Assembly: GCA_020137815.1 (NCBI GenBank)
Contig: CM035357.1
Span: forward strand, 2,790,001-2,854,000
DNA from: Hormiphora californensis
Taxonomy: Eukaryota; Animalia; Ctenophora
Direction of reading: 5' to 3'
Length of the DNA stretch: 64,000 nucleotides
Below are positions 37,879 to 48,514 of the stretch, piece by piece. Within the stretch, counting starts at the first letter, position 1, and each line of letters starts with the position of its first letter. The notes below the pieces were generated by a model. It did not search any database. It was not told the origin of the DNA and worked only from the letters and a program-made list of their open reading frames with translations. Position numbers and translations under genes: made by a program.

Positions 37879-39847
37879 AGAGAGAAAGATAGAGAAAGAT
37901 AGAGAGAGAGATGTATGATAAACCTGGTAAATAAAAGGGGTCGGTAGAATTTGTTGAGTAACACATTGGGGTAGATCACATTGCATCCTCTGACCACGTG
38001 CACTAGTTGTGTGAACACAAGACAATACGAATAGACGCGAAGAGAAAATCGTGTGAGTCCGAGTTCAGTAAAACAATTCCAATGTGTAGAGAAGTTAAGA
38101 TCGTGGGAGCAAATGCAATGATCACCTAACTTAGTAGATTAACTTAGTAGATAATTTCGACGAATGAATAGTGAGATCAAGTATTGAGACGACACGTTTC
38201 GTCTCAATACTTATTATTTATCAATACCTAACTCTGGCCTCTGATAGGTGTGACTACGAACGCTCGGTATACATAATATATATATTTTATACATGCGAGT
38301 ATACATGACATTTTCAATGCAGTCAATTGATTAGCTAAGAAATGTGTGATTGTAAATTATCTGATTTATCTAAAATTTAGTGTGTGACAGAAATCAGAAT
38401 TGACCAAATTTATCACTGCATCGTGACATCAACTGCAGCAGACCCCATCGCGGTGCTTCGTAATTCACATATTAGTGGCCTGCTGCGTATGCCAAATCAC
38501 CATATTTCTAAGAACCTCTATCATCCATCTTCTCGACAGCTCTAGCCCGACAAATCGTTTTGAAAGTTCTCATACTCTAACAATTACTGACTGGTTAAGT
38601 TGGTATACCCGACCCTTCTAATCTAGTTCTCCGAAGGATCAATGATAGTTACCCAGCTAGATCGAAGTACGAATGGTTAAATTACTACCAATGGTATGTA
38701 GTACCATGCTTTAGGTGTCTGCTATTATACTTGCGGGATTAAAAAACTATGCTCGAGAGTCCAAGGAAGCTCACACATATATTCAAAGTGTGATATTGCA
38801 TGTATGATTTAGCACTAAAAGTTGTGAAAAGAAACATGACCTACCCTCCGATAGTGCATTCTGCATAGAGTGGGTGTATACCACCTGCATCGGACATATT
38901 GTAAGCATGGGACACATCAATTTAAACTCATTTATATGTGAGATGGCAATAACACATTGCGATGTGTGTACTACACAGATTTATAGTTGATTTGATTAGA
39001 AATCAAGTATTTCAGCGATCAAGATTATTTGGGAGACGTTTGGGCCTTCCAGCATGCTCCTGCAGGCAGTATTGAGCTAGGAATACACATCTAGAAAGCC
39101 CAATTTGGTGAATGTTGTTCAAATTGCGTACATCTCTAGCTCCCAAATCACAAATCACAGTGTCAGACGACTAATAATAGATTGCCAATCGTAAAAATCG
39201 GGATCAGTAATTGGCTTTGCAACAGCTTTCATAAAATTTCAACTCACCAGATAATTTATTACGGCGTACTTACAGACTAAATAAGAAATGTAGTCATGGT
39301 TTAACAACGTATTCCCCGTAGTACAATAAATACTTCTTAATTATATATATTCAATTATGCACCACTAATATATATAATTTATGCGGCCGGAAAGGCCGGA
39401 TAGTCTTTATAATATATTATGCTTACGTCAAATCTTAACGGGTAACAAAGTATCGCGGTATACAGCGAATTATTTTATGGAGCAGGCTCTGCAAAACTAT
39501 CCCGATCAAGGCTTTATAGTGGCTCCATAATTAGGGTCAACCATAATTGACGTATACCTTAGAATTGACGGTGTTCACGTACTACGTAGTGTCTGACGGT
39601 GGTCTGGAAGAAGAAGTTCTACGGTTGCTTTGATTATAAATAGTAATTACTTCAATTGCAATAGTAACCAGGTCGGAGGATCTATAAAATTACTGTTGAA
39701 CTGGAAATCGCCTCCTGAATAATCCAGGACTTGCATAGGGTGACTACTTTAAAAATGTTGTCGGCTTCTAAAAGAGCGGGATAGGCATATATTATCCCGC
39801 GTAGTGGTGCACATCTGGTACCCTTTCTTTACGGGATATTTTCCGAA

Positions 39848-39882
<35 letters not shown>

Positions 39883-40824
39883 GAGAGAGAGAGAGAGAGA
39901 GTGTGTGAGAGAGAGAGGTATGACTATACTGGTGAATATGATAAACTTTATAGTACCTGATATTTCAACTCAAAACAAGAGGGGGATAATTAAATTTCAA
40001 AAAGAAAACGACAATGATTATCCAAGAGAGATAATATATTATTAACTATCTTTTTCTCATTCAAAGCTTTTATCATACGCGGTTTTCTCCTCTCAGCTCT
40101 CCTTCTATTCTTTTTCACATACAAATTACAATAATTCTCTCCTCTTCTTTTCCACATACAACAATTCTCAGATATTATTGATATCAAACTGATACTACTC
40201 AACCATTGTGAGACACTGTTCGACAAAGGAAATACAGGAGCGTACACATGCGGCATATCTCATGGTCTAGCTTTTCAAAAGAAATGGACAAGTATTCCAT
40301 GAAATTTCCCCCAATCTTCAAGTATTAGGTGTCCCATAAATATTGTCCATCGGTGATTTTTTTTTCTTCAAGAAACTGATGATTTGAAAGAAAATAAACA
40401 GTCCTACAGTATTCCTAGCATCCTTGGCTCTATTACATACTCCATTGGCTTCTTCTCACGCTGTCATTGTTTCCTGTCAAAAATGTCTCCAGCGGCCGTT
40501 TGTGTGAACTCTGTTTAAGGAGTGATAGCCCTAAAACTAATGGCTCTATTCAAAAGTTAAATGCCTCTGGAGCTCCGAGAGGATGCCCCCTGAGTCCCCA
40601 GCAGGTGAGATGAGCAGCAGGTGAAATGAGCAGCCCATACATATATCCTTATTTTAGCACATGACTCGATTTAGCACATGAGAAGGAAAAAAATCACGAT
40701 CGAAATTTTGAAGATTGTAGTAAGACATACGTGTAAAGATTGTCCCATAATTTCTGAACTATGCTACCTTGAGACATCCCCAACCTATAGGAATAGAGCC
40801 AAGGATGCTAATATTATAGGCATA

Positions 40825-42423
40825 TCTATATTATAAAGCAGAGAACCTTGCAAGACAAAATTTGGGGGAGGGGGTTTTTGGGGCTTGCACGTGCAAAATT
40901 GACGTGTTGTTAGGGGTGTTTGGTGGGGGGTTTGGGGCGTGCACGTGCGTGTGTAAAGGTTTTATAAATTTGGGGGATAATAGCGCTTTTGAAATAGCTT
41001 GAGATTATCTTTCTAATGAGCCTTGGAATTTTGAAATTGGCTGAGAAACGACCGAGTTATGGGGGAAATGGTGAAAAATGAAGGAAAATGTGGGGTTCTG
41101 AACTGCGTTCTATGGGCGTTATAAGGAAGTGAATAGAGGGTGAGATGGAGTGAATAGGGGAAGATATGATTCAATAGGGGCCGAGGGGAGTAAGAGGGCC
41201 GAGGGGGATAAGAGGGGTGAGGACTGAGGGGAGTCAACACTCAACAGGGGGAAGGGGGCGTGGAGTATGATCTCGCGACCGGAGGTGCCGCGAAGCGGCG
41301 CCGTAGGGAGCAAAGTAGGCATGAGCCGGGGATCGGGATTGAGAGGAGTCAATAGGGTGTGAGAGTTTTTTGTTCTTTTGCCTGGGCTCTCTAGTCCTTA
41401 TTATAATTTGCAAATGCGTGGCGTGATGGTGGTGACCTATCATCACGTGCAAATGGTGGGGGGTTGCCAAGGAGGTGCCCTGGGAGGGGTATTGGAGGCG
41501 ATACTGCACGTGCATGTTTTTGGTTGTTTGTTGTGTGTTCCTGTGTTATTCCTGTGGTGCTTTGGGATCTACTGCTGGGACCTCCATGATTGCCAAAGCC
41601 TTTCTACCTACGTACGCCATTGATTCTCTACGCAGCTACAATTCTACGGATCTTTATCACCTAATTCTACATGTTATTCAGCGGGATTTCCTTTGATCAC
41701 CAGCGCTCTACCACTACCAACCTTCGTATTATTTAGTCTTTACTCCGACATGGAGAGACGAAGATTGAGAGGGGGGAGGCATATAAGAGACGGGTGGGGG
41801 GGGGGTTGTTGTAAGACTACAATGGGCTTTCTAGTCTATATTATAAAGCAGAGAACCTTGCAAGACAATTGGTTTTTGGGGGGTTTTTAGGGTTTGCACG
41901 TGGAAAATTGGCGTGTTGTTAGGGGTGTTTGGTGGGGCTTGGGGAGTGCACGTGCGAATGTAAAGGTTTTCTAATCTTGAGGGATAAAAGCTGATTTGAA
42001 AGAGCTTGAGATTATCTTTCTAATGAGCCTTGGTTTTTTGAAATTGGTTGCGAAATGACTGAGTAATGGGGGAAATGGTGAAAAATTTGTAAGAAATGTG
42101 GGGTTCTGAACTGCTTCAGATCACAGATTGAGAGAGGGGTGAGGGGAGTATTCATTATGGCGTTATAGGGGAGTGAATAGGGGATGAGATGACGTGAATA
42201 GGGAACGATATGATTCAATAGGGGCCGAGGGGAGTCAATAGGGATAAGAGGGGTGAGGACTGAGGGGAGTCAACAGGGGGAAGGGGGTGTGGAGTTTGAT
42301 CTCGCGACCGGAGGTGCCGCGAAGCGGCGCCGTAGGGAGCAAAGTAGGCATGAGCCAGGGATTAGGATTGAGAGGAGTCAATAGGGTGTGAGAGTTTTTT
42401 GTTCTTTTGCCTGGGCTCTCTAG
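40825..42423 (+). mobile_element. Head-to-tail array of three non-autonomous Helitrons (40825-41394, 41395-41834, 41835-42423)
   Basis: Units start TCTATATTATAAAG or TCCTTATTATAA and end CTAG. Units 1 and 3 are diverged copies. The outer flanks are A and T. Confidence 0.8.
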
Positions 42424-42663
42424 TTATATAATAAGAGGGGATAAGTCTTCAGAACTTGCAGTTCTTAAGAGCTAATTCTATACGTATTAAAACATATATT
42501 TCATGAAAAGATAAAGATTAAACTAAGCTGCATGTTCCGAGGAACATGAATTTCAAATGCTGTCTCCTTGGGCACGTCGCGTCCCTCATGTTCGCGGGCA
42601 AGCTGTCTCCCGAATAACGCTGGTTTAATGGTTTGGGTTGCAGCAATCGATCTTAATGATTAA

Positions 42664-42800
42664 TAAAACTCCACCCATAGTTATTTAGAAGCCTATTTAG
42701 AAAGTTCTAAATTCTAAAGAATTCGATTAAGTTAATCGAATTCTTTAGCATTTAGAACTTTCTAAATAGGCTTCTAAATAACTATGGGTGGAGTTTATTG
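42664..42800. repeat. Palindrome (about 60-bp arms) with further related segments at 42820-42935 and 43410-43515
   Basis: aaactccacccatagttatttagaagcctatttagaaagttctaaat and its exact reverse complement. Confidence 0.8.
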
Positions 42801-43007
42801 ATTCTTGAACGTTAAGTCACTAGGTCGGTCTACAAAGATCTCAATAAAAAAGGATCTTCTAATTTGACGGTTCAATAAACCAACTCTAAATAGCTATGGA
42901 ATGGACTTCTAAATAGGTTTAGAAGCTCCACCCATGCATATCTCCGTCTGTTTTGACAAGTTTGATTGCTCAACAAGGCGGAAAAGGCTTATATGGAAAA
43001 CATTTTA

Positions 43008-43332
43008 TTTGATATTCAGAGTTTTTGTTATTCTCTCTGTGGCTGGACAAATGAATCAGACGGGTATTTATTCATTATTCATTATAATTATAATTATTCA
43101 TTATTCATTATAATGACGCTACCAGTTTCGAGGATCTACCTCTTCATCGGGCTCAAATTAATTTGTTTAAAGTAGTGTTGAAAAGTTTGAGTTTCAAACT
43201 TTTCAACACTACTTTAAACAAATTAATTTGAGCCCGATGAAGAGGTAGATCCTCGAAACTGGTAGCGTCATTATACCCGTCTGATTCATTTGTCCAGCCA
43301 CAGAGAGAATAACAAAAACTCTGAATATCAAA
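43008..43332. repeat. Inverted duplication (about 140-bp arms) carrying a hammerhead-like motif; possible Penelope-like element terminus
   Basis: Arms are perfectly complementary except for an AT-rich insert in the left arm; contains ccgatgaagaggtagatcctcgaaactggta. Confidence 0.7.
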
Positions 43333-43901
43333 CGTGAGGCTAATAAACAGTTATCCGATCACCCAACTGTCTACATTTTATTTGGTTTCGAAGTTTCTCG
43401 TTCTCAATACGTAGATGGAACTTCTAAACCTATTTTGAAGTCAATTCTAAAACTATTTAGTGTTGGTTTATCGAACCGTCAAATTAGACGATAGATTTTA
43501 TTGAAATCTTTGTACCATCTGTCCATCGATCTGGTATGAATAATATTTATTGAATACCATATTATCATTCATAGTGGTAGCAATTTCTAACTGCTGAGAA
43601 ATTTAATTAAGAGGTTGCTGAAACCCATTCCATGGTAAACCAGACAGCGCACAAAGTACATAGTTATGAAACTCAAATGACAACTTACTCAAAGCATCAG
43701 TGTGCTGAACATCTCATATGGTTTCTGGTTGACCTTTTGATATAATATGGTACAACATATATCAGGCCTCAATCCCTATAATAACCCTCTCTTTCTCCCT
43801 CCATCTGTTTCTCTCTCTTTCTAATATTAATATCTCTGTTTTTCAATTTAAATAAACAGTTATGCAATTTCAGTTATGCAATTTCAGTTATCAATTCAGT
43901 A

Positions 43902-44849
43902 TAGTAGAGTCGATAAGAACACTCACCTCCTCCGATTTCAGTAAAACTTCTCACATGCTAAAATATGATAATGGAGGTACAAATACCGCTTATTTTAGGT
44001 CCAAAAAGTTTTTGGTTCGTTAATTATCGCTAATTGAAAAACGCCAAAAATGGGCTAAAATGGCCCTTAAGGTGGATTTGAAATTTTGGAGTTGGAACTC
44101 CAGACTTCGTACAGGTGTCCGCTAGGATGCCAATATGCACCACAGGCGGGCTCAGGCCTAAATTCGTCCGAATTTTTGCGTAAGACCGGATGGCGTAAAT
44201 CTTGGTCACGTGACCTCGGCTAACTTCTGAACCGCTCAAGTAAGGGATGTTTATAACCTGCTTAATCGATGCAGAATATGATGAAAATGACACGTTTTGA
44301 CATCATTTTTCATCCCAGACGCACAGGAAAGACACAAATCGCCTTACAAAATTGACGCCATCTAGTCTCCCGCTCTTTTTTTGCAAAACTCTAACTTCTG
44401 AACCGTTGAAGTAAGGGAGGTTCATAGCCTGCTTAATCGATGCAGAAAGAAAAATAAATGAGAGGAAATGGCCTTATTTTTCATCTCCGGCGTGCAGGAA
44501 AGGCACAAATAGCAAAAAACTGATTTTTTGCCCAAATCACGTGACCAAAATTCACGCCATCCGGCCTTACGCAAAAATTCGGACGAATTTAGGCCTGAGC
44601 CCGCCTGTGGTGCATATTGGCATCCTAGCGGACACCTGTACGAAGTCTGGAGTTCCAACTCCAAAATTTCAAATCCACCTTAAGGGCCATTTTAGCCCAT
44701 TTTTGGCGTTTTTCAATTAGCGATAATTAACGAACCAAAAGTTTTTCGGACCTAAAATAAGCGGTATTTGTACCTCCATTATCATATGTTAGCATGTGAG
44801 AAGTTTCACTGAAATCGGAGGAGGTGAGTGTTCTTATCGACTCTACTAG
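43902..44849. mobile_element. Long-TIR MITE / foldback element
   Basis: tagtagagtcgataagaacactcacctcctccg... mirrored over about 310 bp at the right end. Confidence 0.92.
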
Positions 44850-44936
44850 TAAAACAATTGAGCCAAACTGAACTCTCACTTTTGTCACCATGGTAACCAA
44901 AATTATTGTAATATTTCTATAAAAGTCTCAGTATAT

Positions 44937-47859
44937 TCACCCCTTTGCTCGACCCTCGTACTCCATCAAAGTAAAGAATGCTGGTTCTTCCGTTATCACG
45001 ACAACAGGCCTGTGTCGATGGTCCACTACCTGCAGTTGATATGAGATGAGATGAGGCCTTCATGAAGGAGTTTGGCTTGAACGTAACGATGATGTCATAG
45101 AGTTACTATGGTAACGATAATGTTACCATCGTAGGATTGTTACCTTTTCCCCTGCAATTTCATCATATCCGATATGATTATAGGTAAACCGGTTCGCCAC
45201 ATTGTAGATGAAGAACATGCAACCACAGAACCCGTAGATACACAATCCTGCCAACACGGCAGCTACAGCCCACCTCTTGGCTCTCTTCGCGTGGACCCTG
45301 TTATAGAACACGTCATGATGTTAGTTGGCTGCTTAATAACTTGTTGTTAGAATGTCTGATCGTATAATTTATAAAAGAAGGGATATATCAAGTTGAATTT
45401 TGATTATGAATTTATGATCCAGAACTGACCATCCATTTGAAATTATACACATTCAGTGTAACAAACGCCCCGACCTTCTCCGATTTTCTCCAGACTTAAA
45501 TACCATACCTTGCTCCGTAGTACTGTTTCTTGATTTTGCATTCCTTAGCTCTGACGCTAGATCCCAGGGCTACGAAACCCAGGCAGAAACAGCACAGCAA
45601 CATGGACATGAACGCCATGAATGTGTTCGTTCTTATCTTATCCTGGAAAATGGAGGACAATTTAATTTGGAAAATTGGAGGACTATTGGATATTTAATTT
45701 AGAATTAGAACAGCTTTCTGCACTGATATACCGAGTATTTTACAGACAACTTTAATATGAGAATTGGGACTGGACTACCAGCTTGGCTACGATCGATTAC
45801 AACTATCAGTATTATATATGGCGAAGAGGAAACACCTCGAGCAATAATTAAATTGTCATTATTACTAAACATATTACTCTTACAAACAAACAAAGAAACA
45901 AACAAAGAAACAAACAAACAAATAAACAAACAAACAAACAAATAAAGAAACAAACAAAGAAACAAACAAACAAAGAAACAAACAAAGAAACAAACAAACA
46001 AACAAACAAAAAAACAAACACACAAACAAACAAACAAACAAACCACGAACCCTTCTTCCATCGTTGATAACCCCAACAACCCGATTCATCAGCACAATCT
46101 TCTCCTTTGCTGTTGCCAACTTGACCCCGTCCATCTTTTGCTTCTTCACCAAATTTCCCCATTTTGACCCCCTCCTCGATCCCCCTCCTCCTTTAACGAT
46201 TCCAAGTTTTCCTGCTGCATCTTTTTCTGGATCTCTGCCAAGTTTTTCTGATTCTTGGCGTGTCACACCTGCTTCAATGTCATCATTATGTTGTTTTCTC
46301 GCTGGTTTTATGATCGATTTTACTTCATTAGTCGTGGATGCGAGACTCGCAACTTGTTGGATGGTTGTTAGACTGGCTCGGTGGGCACTTATCTCCGCTC
46401 TCTTCTCCTTTATCTCGGCTCTCTTCTCCTTGTGGATCATCTTTAACTGGTTTATCAGCTTTTGTGTGTCATTTCGGTGTATCTTGGCCCGCATGCCACT
46501 TGGAGAACCCCTCGTTGAGCTGGCGTTGCTAGGGGGAGAATTTCGGTTGCTATGGTAACCAGAGTTCATGTTGTCAGGAAGATCGTTCCTGTTGGTTGGG
46601 GCTGGTTGTTGTTGATCTCCACAGGGCAGGACATGACACAAAATGAGAGAGAGAAGGAAATGCAATGTGTGATGCTATATCAATACAGAAACAGATCCAT
46701 GCAGTTCTATAATAGAGAGATGAGAGAGAAAATAGAAATGTAATATCAGCTGAGGATATGAATAGAAACGTTTCACAAAAGAATTGTGGATTACAGTTAT
46801 TATTACAGCAACTTTTGCCACAAAACGGGGTCTGTTGTCAACAAACAGGCCTTTGTAGAGAGGTGAAATGGAAGGGAACCAAGGAGGCCGGACAATTTTG
46901 TTGAGAAAGGGGTCGTACCCCTAACAAACCAGATGTAAGATGGTTTATATGCCTAAACTTTATCAGACTTGAAGCTACGAAGCCTCAAACTTTTGATCAT
47001 ATATAATGACCCTCTGAGCCTCAAAGGGTTGATCCCAATACCAATTCGTATATTGATCTACATTTGAGGGTCACACAACAAACTAATTTATGCAGCCTGA
47101 TTGGCTGATAACCAGTCACGTGACCTAAATAACAAGTTCTGATTGGTTGTTTACTTGTGTCGATCGGTTCCTGAAACTAATATATACCTGTTGGAGTTTA
47201 TCCACTATTCGGTTCATCAGCATGATCCGCTCTCTCTTGTACATATCCTGAATCTGAGGATTTAGATCATTCACCATTTCCAACACCACACTATTGGTGG
47301 TGTTATACTGCTGAGATTCATGATCCATAGTTGGCTGTTGAGATCTTTCACATATCACTGTTGGTTGGCTACTAGTATCACTGCTATTCACTGGCTGCTG
47401 GGTGCCGTTACTGCCATTCGCTGGCTGTTGGGTGCCATTACTGACAGCTACAGTAAGAAACTGCTGGGTGTCACAACTGCCACCTAGAGCTGATGGCTTA
47501 GGTAGATCACTGTCAGAACCCGAAAATACCTGATCCTCTGTATCACCTTCCTCGATTGCCATCAGCTCAGGAATTTCTCCCCTACCCAGTGGTTGTATCT
47601 TCTTAACGGGCTCTTCAACACCTAGATGGGAAGGCCCAGCAGCTCCACCCTTGTGGGTAAACGCATGTTGTGCTGCTAACACTGACCGTAGCGTTTCAAT
47701 CTGGGACCCAACAGGGGTGACATTGGTGGATTTCCGAGCCTCAGCGAGAGTCTTCCGATGGCGGCGTATTGATTCTCGGCCCGCTTTACGACATAGCTCA
47801 AGGTTTACAAGGAGTGCTTGTGTGTTTCTTCGGCCCCGGTTGTTATACTGATTCTGCAT
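44937..47859 (-). CDS. CD225/dispanin (IFITM/PRRT-like) membrane protein; 3' exons 45642-45509, 45297-45144, 45029-44937; candidate first exons 47859-47188 or 46569-46051
   Basis: Spliced 3' exons give AFMSMLLCCFCLGFVALGSSVRAK..YYGARVHAKRAKRWAVAAVLAGLCIY, matching the CD225 CC motif and the GA..A.RAK loop followed by a TM helix. Confidence 0.82.
45883..46043. repeat. (AAAC/AAAG)n microsatellite
   Basis: Tetranucleotide tract inside the CD225 gene intron. Confidence 0.95.
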
Positions 47860-48249
47860 AGTGGACAGCCCAGAGATAATATATCAAAAACTCTGACAAT
47901 TGTGGGTTCACACGGTAATGTTATCCTCCGGCAATTGATTATTGAACCTGCGTTACTGATTTTGCGAAAAGGTGCTGCGATGAGAGACGTATGATATTGA
48001 TAAGCGTGATTTTCTTGTGAATCGTCGATTTACTGCTATCTCACAAGCCAAGCTGAATACAAATTATAGCTGAGTAATTGACAGTATACCCTCCTCGATA
48101 GCTGGTTTACTGATTCGATCAGCGAGAGAGAGAAAGAGTGACACGCAGTTAATTGAGTTGAAAGTAAATCCGCATAAATCACAGTTATTACACACTATGC
48201 TAATTTCGAATGTTTGTATATAATCAAATGCTTTAACTAAATCTACGTA

Positions 48250-48373
48250 CAGTCGGACCCCGACTTACCGGGATCCTCGTGGAAAAGGATTTTGCCTGGT
48301 ATATCGTGATCAAATACTGTCAATTTCCTAAATCGGGGGAAGTTTATCCTCCCGGTAAATCGGGGTCCGACTG
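48250..48373. mobile_element. CAGTCGGACCCCGA-family MITE
   Basis: TA TSD and the same TIR as 22984-23152. Confidence 0.88.
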
Positions 48374-48514
48374 TACATTTGGCTCGACATACTTCATGCT
48401 CGCCATTCTTCATGCTGTCGGCTGATCAAACTATTTTGGACTCAAAATAGCTAGACAAGAGTGTCCCGGTTTTCCTTCAAGCGATGGCTCACACCAATTA
48501 TAGTGGTATCTTGA

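Noticed and set aside
38178-38212. Hairpin with GAAAC..GTC as a second hammerhead
   Set aside because: No CUGANGA box in the correct position.
39990-40330. Possible decayed LINE 3' end on the minus strand
   Set aside because: Only a vague resemblance, with multiple stops and no diagnostic motif.
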